Notes: a model not told the origin generated them from the letters alone. A DNA stretch of 64,000 nucleotides from Diplonema japonicum (GCA_964019335.1 OZ025712.1:437614-501613); one strand, 5' to 3'; shown: positions 33,835 to 45,432, counted from the stretch's first letter. Translations and numbers: made by a program.

Positions 33835-35309
33835 TTAAAAAGTGAAAATAAAAAGGAGACGATCTGTGTTGCGGTCGCCATATAGGGATAGATTTTGGTG
33901 AGTGTGCTTTATAGTATGGCTTGCTACGGTTGGTGAGGTAACAAGCAATCATCATTAGTGAGGACGCAGGAAGACGGAGGAAGGAAAAAAAAGGAAAGTG
34001 GTTTTTTTTTCTTTCTTTTTTTTTTTTTTTTTTTTTTGATATGGTGCCCCCACCCCATCCCGCATTCCCCGCCTCATCCCCTTTGTAACTAGTGTGGAAA
34101 AAGTACATAAAAAGTGAAGAAGAAAAAAAAAAAAGAAAACCGATGAAGAAAAAAAGAGTTGTTAAATCCCAAGAGGGTTTTTCTCCCCACCAGCACCTAC
34201 CCTTTTTCCACACTCCCCCCCTTTTTTTCCCCGAAAAAAAAAAAAAGAAAAAAAAAAAAAAAAAGACATAGAAAGACTGAATACTCGCAGGGCCTTACCT
34301 GCGAATATTCGTGTCTTACCCACCCTCTGTTCCCTTCTTCCCTTTTCTCTTTTCCCTTTTTTGGGCGCTGAACGCGCATACGGCATCGGGCAGAGGCAGA
34401 GCCGTCCCGTGGTCCCTGATCCCTTCCTGTAAGATTATTATATTCTAGGCCCCCCTAGATGTACCACTTCCCCCCCCCCTTTTTTTTACTTTCCGGTAGC
34501 TTAACAACTTTAATTTTTTGTCCTCTTTTTCATTTTTTTTTCCTTCTGATTTTACGACCCAACCCGTTTCCGCCTTTTTGGAGGGGCGGAAAAAAAAAAA
34601 GAGAACTCTTCCTTCCGCCTCCCTTTTCCCCCCTGTGACTCATTTTTTTTGTTTCCTTTTTCTTTTCCCATTTCTGTCAGTTTTTCTCATGCACTTTTTT
34701 CCCTGTGCTTTTCTTCAAAAGTTTCTTTTTTTTTTTTCTCTTCTCTCTCTTCTTTTTTTCTTTTCTTTTTTTCTCGGAAGGAACCCCCCTTTTTTTTACA
34801 ATTTAAAATGAACAGGAAGAACAAGAAATCAATTAATAAAGCAGGCCCTCCTTGCTGCAAATGTTGGCATGTTCTACCCCCTTTTATTTTCTTATTTCAT
34901 TGCCGTGCACGTTGCTCTTTTTTTTTTCCTTTCCCCCTCCATTATTTTATCCGACACCTCAAAACCCAACCCAGCAACAGACGGCAAAAAGGAGAAAAGA
35001 GGAAAAGAAGGGACGGGAAAGGAACATGATCACAGTGTAAGGAACACAACTTAAAATTTTTATTCCCTAAGAAAAGTGCCCACACCAACCCCCATAACTG
35101 TTCTTCCTTCTGGGCAGCCCTACATGCCCTACGCACTCATCACAACTTGTGCACTGCTTATTTACTAATATACGTACATTTCCCCCACCCTTTGTTCTCT
35201 TTATTTCTTGTTTTTTTTTTCTTCTTTTGTCTTCTGTGCTTCTTACTTTATATGCCTGTATTACCTTGCTGTTTCTGTCCCTGTTTAACTTACACACTCC
35301 AGTGCAGCA

Positions 35310-35557
35310 TGGAGGGTGCGGGCAGCATCACCGACATGCTCGCCACGCACACCACACTGCTAGCAGAGGCACACAAGATTGCCGCCTATGACGATAGTTC
35401 CGAGGAGGACCTCAGCGGGAGGGGTCAGCGGTTGGTAGTAGAGCTTAGTAGAGAGCTGGAGAAAGTCACATCCGAGGACAGAGCGAAGGCCCTTGACGCG
35501 TACGCTTCACTGCAGAACAAAATAGACTCCATATCTAGAAAACATGGAGTGCTCTAG
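35310..35557 (+). CDS. Small hypothetical helical protein (~82 aa)
   Basis: MEGAGSITDML... ORF with coding-like composition after a CAG acceptor. Confidence 0.55.
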
Positions 35558-35630
35558 TTACACAGTGTTCCCACTGCCTTAGTATACATACCGTTACACC
35601 CGTCTTTATAGTCACCCCACAGGCATAACT

Positions 35631-36875
35631 ATGTTGCGTGTTGCTCTTCTATCTGCTCTCGTGGGGCTGGGTGCTGCTCAGCAGCCATACTCGACATACA
35701 TGACACACTTCGGACACTCAATCAAGAACGGTCAGATCAAGGGTGGTGAGGTTATCACTGTCTTTGAGCACACCTGTGTCAAGGCACCCTGTGCAGTGAC
35801 GCAGATTCACGTGCCCTCCATTTACCCCGGGTCGGGGCAGCCGTGGAACTGGGAGAATGGTATCCTCACTTTCACGATCGACGGTGAAGTTCTTAAATTG
35901 ACGCTGCTTGAGCTGGCGATGGAGGGTTCCGACGGTGCTAAGGGCAGGAACGCTGCCGATGGTTCGCCTTGGGGCATCTCCATGTTCGGGAAAACCGCGA
36001 AGTCCGGTGCTGTGTACTCCACCCTGAGGATCCCCTTCCAGAAGACCCTGAAGGTTACGATCGAGATGGCGCCCGAGGCCCAGGGTAACGGTGTGTTCTG
36101 GATCATCATCAGAGGTGTCGAGGCTTACAGGGTCACCTTGGGTGACATCGTCCTGCCGGCCTCCACTAGGCTGAGGATCTCGAAGTTCGGACCGCAGAAG
36201 GTTACTCCGTACCAGCTTATCAATCTCGCGAACTTCACTTCCAGCGGCGCCCTCCTCACCGTAGTGTTCAGTGCCGAGAGCAGTGACTACACGTACTTGG
36301 AGGCATGCATGAGGCTGGTCGACCCGGCAGGGGGCGTCAGCTTCTTGTCGAGTGGTGCTGAGGATTACTTTTTATCTGCCTCGTACTTCGATGAGGGCAT
36401 GTTCAAAACTGAGAACAGTGGGCTGACTTTCTTCGACGGCAGGGGGTCTGTATCTGCTTACAAGGTGCACACCAGGGACTTCGTGCCTGTGCAGGGAGGT
36501 GGAAGCCTGGTATTCAGGGTAGGTGAACTTACATCAGGGTGCGGGAACATGACTTCGTGCCCCAATGTGTTCTGTCCCAAGGGTGAGCAAGTCACACTCG
36601 AGGAGCCTAAAACCAACGTCAAGATGTCCAACAACATCACCTACACCACAATGGTGCTGTACTACGAGTGGGATGTGGACGGCGATGTGGAGACTCCTCT
36701 TGAGACCCTCTTCCTCAGTGTGGATAATGGCTACCTCACTGCTAAGCAGGCCCATGCCGTTAGCTCGAAGCCCGAGGCCGTTAAGACCATTTTGGACGTG
36801 TGCGGGAAGGCTTGCTTCCAGCAGAAAGATGACAAGAAGTCACACCTTGCAGCACTCATGCTGAAGGACCTTTGA
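35631..36875 (+). CDS. Secreted DUF2961 (GH172-like) protein
   Basis: Signal peptide; YLEAC and SSGAEDYFLSASYF match the DUF2961 G.EDYF...YF motif; intronless. Confidence 0.75.
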   Translation: MLRVALLSALVGLGAAQQPYSTYMTHFGHSIKNGQIKGGEVITVFEHTCVKAPCAVTQIHVPSIYPGSGQPWNWENGILTFTIDGEVLKLTLLELAMEGSDGAKGRNAADGSPWGISMFGKTAKSGAVYSTLRIPFQKTLKVTIEMAPEAQGNGVFWIIIRGVEAYRVTLGDIVLPASTRLRISKFGPQKVTPYQLINLANFTSSGALLTVVFSAESSDYTYLEACMRLVDPAGGVSFLSSGAEDYFLSASYFDEGMFKTENSGLTFFDGRGSVSAYKVHTRDFVPVQGGGSLVFRVGELTSGCGNMTSCPNVFCPKGEQVTLEEPKTNVKMSNNITYTTMVLYYEWDVDGDVETPLETLFLSVDNGYLTAKQAHAVSSKPEAVKTILDVCGKACFQQKDDKKSHLAALMLKDL

Positions 36876-37228
36876 GCTGCTTCTTGTAGCAAGTAGTTAA
36901 GGCTGACTAGTGCTCGTAATGTCTTTTTTATGCGTTGACTTCTTGCCCCTCTGAACACATCGCCCGTTGCGAAATTATAAAGCACTAATCTTTTGTGAAA
37001 CACAACCCCTTCGCTAAGTTATGCTTTAAGTTCAGACCACGAACCCCTCCTCCGCATGGCTTCACGAAGAATCGGGACGGCGACTACGCGGCACATCGGT
37101 GTCAGCACTGTCCCTTCTGATCCTACTTGTGATGGTCATGCCTCTCCCCCCTAGCTAACGTGCTCCAATGTTTCGTATTATTTTTTTCGTTGTTTCTATT
37201 TCAAGCAATACCACACCAGCCACGCGAC

Positions 37229-38152
37229 ATGTCTACCCGCATGAATAACGCAGTCCCTGCTGTGGACTCTACTGCTGTATTCAGGGATGATCTAATGAAG
37301 GGCAAGGTTCTGCTTGTCACTGGTGGCGGGAGCGGCATTGGGCTGGGCATCTGCAAAACCTTCGCCAAGCACGGTGCAATGGTAGCCATCAGCGGCAGGA
37401 CAGAAAGCAAGCTTGTGAAGGCTGCCAACGAGATCCGCGCGGCTGGTGCTGAAGACGTGCTGTACGTGAGAGGTGACGTGAGGGACAGCGCCATGTGCGA
37501 CGAGGTGTGCAAAGCTGTGGGTGACAAGTGGGGCCGCATTGATGTTCTTGTGAACTGTGCTGCTGGGAACTTCATGTCCCTCGCTGAGGACCTCTCGGCG
37601 AAGGCATTCCAGACTGTGATCGACATCGACCTCAGAGGGACCTTCAACATGAGCAAGGCGGCTCTCCCATGGCTGTCTCAAGCCAAGAATGGCAGCTGCG
37701 TCATCAACATCTCGGCCACGCTGCAGTACACGGCCATGCCCTTCCAGGCACACGCTGCCTCCGCAAAGGCGGGTATCGATGTGCTCACCAACACATTCGG
37801 GACTGAGTGGGCAGAGTACGGTGTTCGCTGTGTGGGCATTGCGCCAGGCCCCGTGTCCGGCACAGAAGGGGGACCCACTGGGCGTGTCTTCAGCACGCTT
37901 GGCCTCACTTCCTCAAACAACGTCCGCTCCGTGTGCCCTGTGGGACGCTTTGGGGAAGTTCGCGATATTGCTAATGCCGCGCTCTTCCTTGCCTCCCCTG
38001 CGGCCTCTTGGATCACCTCTGAAACGCTTGTTGTGGACGGTGCCAATTGGCATTGCACCAGCGCAGCACCCATGGTTGTAAACAAGGGTGCTATCCGTAC
38101 AGAGCTTCTGAAACAGAAAGAAGCACACAAGTCCAAGAAGGCGAAACTGTAA
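37229..38152 (+). CDS. DECR2: Peroxisomal 2,4-dienoyl-CoA reductase (SDR)
   Basis: TGGGSGIG, NCAAGNF, DIDLRGTFN, INISATL, HAASAKAG; C-terminal PTS1 -AKL. Confidence 0.9.
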   Translation: MSTRMNNAVPAVDSTAVFRDDLMKGKVLLVTGGGSGIGLGICKTFAKHGAMVAISGRTESKLVKAANEIRAAGAEDVLYVRGDVRDSAMCDEVCKAVGDKWGRIDVLVNCAAGNFMSLAEDLSAKAFQTVIDIDLRGTFNMSKAALPWLSQAKNGSCVINISATLQYTAMPFQAHAASAKAGIDVLTNTFGTEWAEYGVRCVGIAPGPVSGTEGGPTGRVFSTLGLTSSNNVRSVCPVGRFGEVRDIANAALFLASPAASWITSETLVVDGANWHCTSAAPMVVNKGAIRTELLKQKEAHKSKKAKL

Positions 38153-38322
38153 GACAGCCGTTGCATCTTTGTTCATGAGCGTGGCGTTGAAAATTTTGAT
38201 TGTCTCTTTTGTTTCACCTCTACCTACATATATACTTGTCTTTTTTCCAACCTTTTTCTTCTTTTTTTTTTTCGGCCAATACCTTCGGTTTATTGATATT
38301 TTCGCTGCGACATTTTGATGCC

Positions 38323-39108
38323 ATGCAGGTCCTCATGGAAGATGTGCCCGGGAATTTGGAGATTCCAAGTGGGCTTGCAAAAACCAAGAAAAGTACGGTC
38401 TCCTTCCATGGTATAGAAGAGGACACAAGTGATGTGGTGCCTGAAAACGTATTGAGCGAACTGCTGAAGAAATCCGTATTTAATAGTGACCCAGATGAAA
38501 AGGCGAAGGGTAAGAAAAGGAAAAATAAGAACATGAAGGAGTTGCTGCCCGACTTAGCAAGACAGAAAACGGCGAAGTGGGACTACGACCTGCGACTCCC
38601 CACATCACTTGGCTCGTTGCCGTGCGGCGACCACTTCTATGAGTTCGGGGATGTCACCCACAACTGGTTCCTGAACGTCTCCCTCAGCGATGACAAGCAC
38701 TACGTGGGAGTATACCTCCACAGCAACAACGAGCGGCTGGCTACGTGCGTTTTCAAAGTCGGCAATTATACAGCCTCGCTCCACCCCGATGGGAGGACCA
38801 TTTCGTCCCATCCAGACAAGGGGTGGGGCATTCTCTTCCCTTTCCGCAAAGTACAAGATGTCTTTCGAATCTTCCTCACACCCACTGACATAACCGAAGA
38901 GCTCCTTTCCAGGACAAACAAACGTACCAGTGTGTGGTCCACGACTGATATACAACTGAAAGACACACCCAGTACTTCAAGAAAATCAAGCTTCAACCCT
39001 GGAGCAAAACAACTGAAAGACACACCCGGTAGTTCAAGAAAGTCAAGTTTCAACCCCGGAGCAAGGAGTCGTAACTCCTCCCGCCACTCAGCACTGATCC
39101 CGTTGTGA
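38323..39108 (+). CDS. Protein with a MATH/TRAF-like beta-sandwich and a 19-aa C-terminal duplication
   Basis: WFLNV..YVGVYL..KGWG pattern; QLKDTP..SRKSSFNPGA occurs twice. Confidence 0.6.
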   Translation: MQVLMEDVPGNLEIPSGLAKTKKSTVSFHGIEEDTSDVVPENVLSELLKKSVFNSDPDEKAKGKKRKNKNMKELLPDLARQKTAKWDYDLRLPTSLGSLPCGDHFYEFGDVTHNWFLNVSLSDDKHYVGVYLHSNNERLATCVFKVGNYTASLHPDGRTISSHPDKGWGILFPFRKVQDVFRIFLTPTDITEELLSRTNKRTSVWSTTDIQLKDTPSTSRKSSFNPGAKQLKDTPGSSRKSSFNPGARSRNSSRHSALIPL

Positions 39109-39182
39109 AATCAACTATCTTAGTTACACTTCCGAATTACAGAACCCTTCGTTTTTTCCTTGCTCTTCAACATGCACCACAG

Positions 39183-40490
39183 ATGGGAAGCACCCTCAGC
39201 AGCGAGACATGGCCACCTACAGACTGCCCGCCCCCCACCGCCGCCCAGGAGGATCTTAAATGTGAAATACTGTCACTTCAAAGCGATGTCCTGAAAGCAG
39301 AGCAGGACCTAGGGGCACTGCGCATCGAGGAGGCGAAATATGCAAAATTTGTAGCAATAATGGAAAACAAGGGGCGCAGTGCAGACGATGGGGTTCAAAC
39401 GGCCGAAGATACAGAGCCCCCTTCCGAAGGCGGGGAAGAGCAACAACAACAAGAGCAGGTGCAAGATGAAGTGGAGGGGTCATCAGTTGCGGATGACCAA
39501 GAAGCCGGGTCTGCAAAAGGCACGGAGCCAGTGGAAGAAGACGAAGAGACGCAGACAGAGGAGGAGGAGGAGGACCTGTCCAGTTGGCTGCAGGACCAGA
39601 TCAACTCGCAACTCGTAGTCGCCATGACGAAGTCTATGTGCCCTTTCTGTGCCGAAGTAAGGAAGATTTTACAATCTTCACAAATCGAATGGCTCGACAT
39701 CAATGTCGACACCTTGGCTGATGAGAAGGCGGATGCTCTGCAAGCGATCGTAGAGAGCACGACAAAGAGGTACGGGGTACCTGTGGTGTGGGTGTCTGGG
39801 GATGTTGCCGATATTGCTGATTTGAAAGAAATGCAAGTGTCAGGTGAGCTTAATAAGTTGTACAACTTGCATGTGCTGAGAAACACATCGCAGCCTTACC
39901 ATGATGAGGAGGAAGTCAAGCCCCCCACTGAGAGCACCGTACCAACATCTGAAAGTAGTGAAGAAGAAGCAGTGGAAGAAAGAATTGAAGTACCGGAAGA
40001 GCTCCTGTCTCTTGACCCTAGACACCCATTCTGCCTTACCCTGTACGGGGACACCAGCTCATTAGCTGTAGACAGAACGAATGTATTCTCTGTACTTGGG
40101 GCAGAAACTGTGCTGAAGCTCTGCATGAAATTCGTATCTCTTCTCGTGAAGAAAGATGTGTTTAGACTTTACGAGGCAAGGGGCATTTCTCATCGGGACC
40201 TGGTAACAAAGCTTTCTGGTTTTTTATGTGAACGGTTGGGAGGACCGCAGGGCGTGACCCCCTACGCACCCTTTAGGAGCTCGCCGTCTATCCTGTGCTG
40301 TCCTTACATGCTCCATATGACACATTGTAACATTGGCCTCACGCCAGAGCATGCCAACGAATGGCTTGTGACCATGAGACAGGCCATTTCAAGCACGGAT
40401 CTCCCACCAGTCATACGACCCCTTCTTGATGAATACTTCGCTGCAACCGTAGCCGACCTTGTGAAGAATGTAGACATGAGAAGTAAGTAA
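39183..40490 (+). CDS. Coiled-coil / glutaredoxin / truncated (2-on-2) hemoglobin fusion with N-myristoylation motif
   Basis: MGSTLS; TKSMCPFC...YGVPVVWVSG (Grx); FSVLG..FLCERLGGP..Y..LHMTH..LTPEHANEWL..M..AI (trHb group II pattern). Confidence 0.82.
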   Translation: MGSTLSSETWPPTDCPPPTAAQEDLKCEILSLQSDVLKAEQDLGALRIEEAKYAKFVAIMENKGRSADDGVQTAEDTEPPSEGGEEQQQQEQVQDEVEGSSVADDQEAGSAKGTEPVEEDEETQTEEEEEDLSSWLQDQINSQLVVAMTKSMCPFCAEVRKILQSSQIEWLDINVDTLADEKADALQAIVESTTKRYGVPVVWVSGDVADIADLKEMQVSGELNKLYNLHVLRNTSQPYHDEEEVKPPTESTVPTSESSEEEAVEERIEVPEELLSLDPRHPFCLTLYGDTSSLAVDRTNVFSVLGAETVLKLCMKFVSLLVKKDVFRLYEARGISHRDLVTKLSGFLCERLGGPQGVTPYAPFRSSPSILCCPYMLHMTHCNIGLTPEHANEWLVTMRQAISSTDLPPVIRPLLDEYFAATVADLVKNVDMRSK

Positions 40491-40552
40491 AGTAACTTTT
40501 AACAATGACGAGTTTGTTTCTGCATTCACTAACTAGCTCTACAGGAGCCCAG

Positions 40553-41971
40553 ATGGCGAAGGGTGCACGTGTTGGGGACTGCAGTGCCTTGGGACCCGCT
40601 TTTCTCATTGCATGTTTGGTGCTGTTACAGCAATGCGGAAAGGCCCTTTGGGAGGAGAAACTCCGGGAGCCCGCGGAGATCGAGGATGTAACAGTGGCAG
40701 TAGTTGTAGGAAAAGAAGATGTGAAGAACTTAACTCGATTGTTACGGAGCATGGAGCAATCAGCTGTAAAACCTGCAGCAGTGCAAGTGTACTACGAAGG
40801 GGATGTCAACATGAGTGAGTGGAAGCAGGTGCAGACGGTGGCCATCGGTGAGGTGAGCGAACCAAACCCTAACAGGAACTGGCGTGCTATCGTGAACCAT
40901 GCCCTGAAGCATGCCACCACCAACACAGTGCTGTATGTGTCGCCGAGATACGTGTTCAGATCAGACAACTTACGAAGGCTTCCCACTTTACTGAAGGAAC
41001 CTGGCTACTTGTGTTTTACTTTTGGCAATGTATGCACCTCGCGTGCACAGGCCTTTCTTAAAGGTCATGAGCAAACAGCGAGGATGTTGTCATATGCGAA
41101 CAAAGTGTCTGACTTGAGCAGTGTCTTCAGCGAGCGTGGGTATCGAATAGGGTTGTATCCGGGGGTTCAAGAGGATGTGCGGCCTATTTTGAATGTTACA
41201 AAGGTGCTCGCTAGATTGAATCGGGCGCCCAGTGCGAAAGAAAAACCATCAAGCACAGCAAGAATTGTGATTGTGACAGTGCTTCCGCACTCAATGTCAC
41301 ATCAGCCAGAACTTTGCAAGTACTGGGCCAAGCAGGGTGTAAAACGAGTTTGCCTGTCGAGGGACATACTTGGTGCCTTTGCAAAAAGCATGAACGGAGC
41401 TGGGTTGCCATACCAGCCATTGCTGATGGTGGGCATCTACACTGATAATCAAGCGGAGCGTGCAGGTTGGCAGGTCATATGTGACGACATAGGCGTGCAG
41501 CCTGTATTCCTCCATACTTATTTTGACAACAAGCCTTCGTCATGGGCCATCAACACTATCGCCAACAGTGCATCACAGTTCCTGGGCCACGACCCAGATG
41601 GCGTGTGCTACCTTCCTCCATCGGCAGTGCTACCCACCTCCAGCATCGATGCCTGGTCTGCTCTGCCACTCAGTCTCATGACCTACCCAATCATCGCACC
41701 GACTGACCCCTTAGTCTCGAGCATTTGTGTATCTAATAGGCAGCTTAAAACAACAAAATGGCTATTGCCACTAGGGTTAAACCACACGGCCGGCATTGCT
41801 GTTATTAAAAATACAATCAAAGGAAGCCAGGCCAAGCACACGCCTTCTGTAGAACATGTAACTGGCACAACAGCTGCAAAGATTTTGTCAGAAAGTATCA
41901 ACCATAACAAAAGCATAATTGTTTCGAGAGTGTACTTAGCGCACGTGTTTGCAGAGTATCTTAGAGGGTGA
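40553..41971 (+). CDS. Type II membrane protein, possibly a divergent glycosyltransferase
   Basis: N-terminal TM followed by a VAVVV..LTRLLRS GT-A-like start. Confidence 0.55.
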   Translation: MAKGARVGDCSALGPAFLIACLVLLQQCGKALWEEKLREPAEIEDVTVAVVVGKEDVKNLTRLLRSMEQSAVKPAAVQVYYEGDVNMSEWKQVQTVAIGEVSEPNPNRNWRAIVNHALKHATTNTVLYVSPRYVFRSDNLRRLPTLLKEPGYLCFTFGNVCTSRAQAFLKGHEQTARMLSYANKVSDLSSVFSERGYRIGLYPGVQEDVRPILNVTKVLARLNRAPSAKEKPSSTARIVIVTVLPHSMSHQPELCKYWAKQGVKRVCLSRDILGAFAKSMNGAGLPYQPLLMVGIYTDNQAERAGWQVICDDIGVQPVFLHTYFDNKPSSWAINTIANSASQFLGHDPDGVCYLPPSAVLPTSSIDAWSALPLSLMTYPIIAPTDPLVSSICVSNRQLKTTKWLLPLGLNHTAGIAVIKNTIKGSQAKHTPSVEHVTGTTAAKILSESINHNKSIIVSRVYLAHVFAEYLRG

Positions 41972-42023
41972 GTGACGACAGTTATTTACATTACCTTCTT
42001 GACAAAACAGCCCCACAGGAAAC

Positions 42024-43020
42024 ATGGCTGACGAGGAGACGACCATTCGCCCGAGGGGGGAGTCGAGGATCAAGGGGCAGACAGGGAGGGGAGCATGTGG
42101 TAGGAACTGGGGACAGGTCTTGCGTCTCATGGGATGCATCTCGATGTTGTCGCTTGGCGTTATATGCGTGGTGGACATCTTCGATGTGATCAGCTCCTTC
42201 AAGCTGAACGTGATGTGCCTGGACGTCTTCATGATCATCTTTGCTATTGTGGGTCTCTTCGCGGAGCTGCGCAACACCGAGTGTCTTGCTGGCATGGGCT
42301 ACTCCATAGTTAGGAACATGTACTTCATCACCACCTACCCGGGCCGTGCCGGGTGGTACATTTTCATGGGGACATGCAACCTCGATCCTGACTTTAAGTG
42401 GTACCGTCTTGTGAGCGGCGGCTTTACAACTGGTACAGGGCTCCTTATCATGTTGCTGCTAATGTGCATTCGGGACCTTCCTAGATATGAAGATGAGGAG
42501 AAAGTCAAGAAGGGTGCCAAGCCTAAACCAAAGGGCAGAGGTGCCAAGGGGGGCAAAGGAAGCAAACAGAAGAACGACGATCGGGAGATGAGCGATACTG
42601 ACTCGTATGAAGAAGATAAAAGAAGGAACGAAGACCTCGAGGCGATGTACTATGGTGGACAGAAGAACCAGGAAAGGAAACAGGAGAAACCGCAAGACTA
42701 CCGACTAGCCAACCCGTTTGAACAAGGGAGGCCCACGGCAGGGTCAGTGGCGACAACTGTTTATAAGAACGGTGATGCACCTGCAGTGGCTTCTGCTGTC
42801 GCACGTGGAGACAACGCCTCTGCCGCAGCCACAGTGACCAGGTCGGTGGTGATGGGACCTGCGGGCACTGCACCCCCACAGTCGCATGCCTTGTACGCAG
42901 AGTATGAGGATGATCAAGACGACAAGAAGGATGCTAACGACGATAGCGAGGTATGCATTGCAGCCAAAGGCACAACACCCACAGCTTGAAAAGATGTACG
43001 CTCAGATGAAGGGGAACTAG
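42024..43020 (+). CDS. COPI-associated/TVP15-like Golgi membrane protein; intron 42951-42984
   Basis: Several TM segments and a FITTYPGRAGWYIFMG motif; splicing adds LEKMYAQMKGN*. Confidence 0.75.
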
Positions 43021-43349
43021 TCAGCTCACACCTCACTCAATACCTTGCCTACAAGTAGGGGTGTCAATAGCACCCACCGGGCAAGGGAATAACTAGATAA
43101 AACACGTCCTTTCTTCTTTCTTTCTTCCCCATGATAAGTATAAGTTAGCTTTCGACCATGCCATGTTTCATATTACGTGCTTCATTTCTTTTCAATTAGC
43201 ACGCGGTAGTGGAACCTGTAAGTAGTCTCATTGTCGTTCCACTATTTTCTGCTCAGTGTGCGCCAGTGGGCATTTAACGCGACTTGTTCATCCGTCTTTC
43301 CAAATGAGCACACGGTTATTATTTCTGTGCAACTAGTGCTTTAATACCT

Positions 43350-44951
43350 ATGCTGCACAGGTTACACATGCCTGAGAGAAAGGATCAGTACTGCGCATTG
43401 AAGCTAGATGTAGATATCAGCAGCATGCTGCGTGAAATGGTGGGATCAGACAGGTTGCGGAAGGAACAGATACGAGAGATTTTCTCGAGTATCCCTAGTA
43501 GGCATGACAATAGAGCAAAAGTACTCGTTCCTGTACCACCCAGTCGTCCGATCTGTTTCGATCCAAAAGGCAGAGCATGGTGGCACTCTAGGTGGCCAGC
43601 AAGAAGATGGCCACTTACAAGAGACGCTCCAACCCCGGTAAGCAACCAGTCTGACGAAGTGAGCAACATTCCCATCAAAGAGAAGACGAGGAAAGCTGCG
43701 CAAGTCTCAAGGCGAGAAGGTGTCTCTGTCATAGTCAAGCCTGCCGTCAATATGGAAGATGAGATGGAGAAGCAGCGCAAAGCAGAGCTGATGATGCTGT
43801 TAAAGTTGATCCAAGCTACCCCCGAGACTATAAACAAGACACTAGCAACAAAAACGAAGGAAGGCAGAACTTACGTAGTTGATACAACCAAGTACTTCCC
43901 GCTCGTGCCGCTTGCAGGGCTGTGCAGAACAGACGTTAGGTTCTCAGTGTGTAGGTACCACAGCATGCTGAGGAGGTGCCCCAGAGGCCTGATGTGCCAT
44001 TTCATGCACTCCACCACGAGAATGAAGGAAAATTTTCGACGAATGACACTGAAAGTTCTAGCCAGAATTGAATGGATGCGAACGGGGAAGGAACCTACAT
44101 GGCCACCTGTCGAGCACGACCCTTCGCCCACTACACACCATAAAAAATGGGAATGGAATGACATACAAGCATCGTATCTGCCTTTCTGGATCCTCACCAA
44201 GCCAGACAGCATTGATGCTCCGTTATACATCAGCAGCCTGTGTGACGAACTTCTGCGGAACGGCACCAGAATACGGAGATTCGAGCTGCGGAAGTGCCCG
44301 CTGACACCCAAGCTGGTGGAAAGGCTGTGTTATGCGCTGCAGATGTGTGGGGCGTTGTCGGAGGTGGTGTTCGCCTACACTGACCTCACTGACAGGGAGG
44401 CACCTGTGTTGGGTGAGTTCATGGATGCGAATCAGACCGTCACAACGTTGGAGCTGCCCTACAACAACTTGGGTCCCTCTGGGGTTTCCATCCTGGCAGG
44501 GACAGCAAGTGCTCGACTGCGACACCTGTCCTTTCACTCGAACCCTGTCGGGAACGACGGTGCTGCAGCTCTTTCCAGGATGCTGCAAGGCTTATCGCAC
44601 ATCATCTCGCTGCGCCTCTCGTCGACCATGATAGGAGACCATGGCTGGACCTTCATCTCCCGAGCATTGCAGAACAACTCGAACCTTGCAAGCCTGTTCC
44701 TCGATGCTACACATCCTACCATGACAGGGTGCTTGTATTTTTACCACGCATTGAAGAGCAACATGACCTTGGTAGAGTGCGGCATGCGGTACATTAAAGC
44801 AATCACGCCGTGCTATCAGGAGAACATCATAAAGTTACTGCAAAGAAACCATTCGGCCAGACGAGAGAGACGTAAAAAGGTTATGAAACGTGCTTTGATC
44901 ACCCCTTTCATGGCGCAAAGAAGCAACCCACCAGAGACAACAAACAAGTAG
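43350..44951 (+). CDS. CCCH zinc finger plus ribonuclease-inhibitor-type LRR protein
   Basis: CRYHSMLRRCPRGLMCHFMH; ~28-aa LRRs (LELPYNNLGPSG, LSFHSNPVGNDG). Confidence 0.8.
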   Translation: MLHRLHMPERKDQYCALKLDVDISSMLREMVGSDRLRKEQIREIFSSIPSRHDNRAKVLVPVPPSRPICFDPKGRAWWHSRWPARRWPLTRDAPTPVSNQSDEVSNIPIKEKTRKAAQVSRREGVSVIVKPAVNMEDEMEKQRKAELMMLLKLIQATPETINKTLATKTKEGRTYVVDTTKYFPLVPLAGLCRTDVRFSVCRYHSMLRRCPRGLMCHFMHSTTRMKENFRRMTLKVLARIEWMRTGKEPTWPPVEHDPSPTTHHKKWEWNDIQASYLPFWILTKPDSIDAPLYISSLCDELLRNGTRIRRFELRKCPLTPKLVERLCYALQMCGALSEVVFAYTDLTDREAPVLGEFMDANQTVTTLELPYNNLGPSGVSILAGTASARLRHLSFHSNPVGNDGAAALSRMLQGLSHIISLRLSSTMIGDHGWTFISRALQNNSNLASLFLDATHPTMTGCLYFYHALKSNMTLVECGMRYIKAITPCYQENIIKLLQRNHSARRERRKKVMKRALITPFMAQRSNPPETTNK

Positions 44952-45432
44952 TGGTCACCATTCTTCCAAATCCAGTAGTGGTTCTATTAGAACGAGAACG
45001 TCAACACAGACACTGTTCTCTCCCCTTCACAGGCGGCTTCCTGTATGTATTTGGTTAATGTTATTTTTGCCCTTATGCAGCAGGGGTCAATGGGAGAATC
45101 CATTTTTTTCACATGTAGGGGCCCTCGGAAAAGCAGGGGTCGGGGCACCAGAAATGTAATGTAAAAAAGACATTCCATGGTGTGTGAATGCTCCACCTGA
45201 CCAGGCGAGGCCTGACTTGGAAGCGTACTTTCTCTGCCCACTTTAGCCCCTTTGAAAGGAGATACAATTTCAAGGAACGCAACTGTTGAGTGATTTCAAT
45301 GAAAATTTTCGCATTTGGTCTTGTGCCTTTAAAGAAAAGGAACAACGGAAAAAAGAGGGGGGGGGGGGGGGGGGGGCATTTGCTGATTTATCAACTCACG
45401 CCCCTTAAGAATTAAAGGATATACACAACGAA

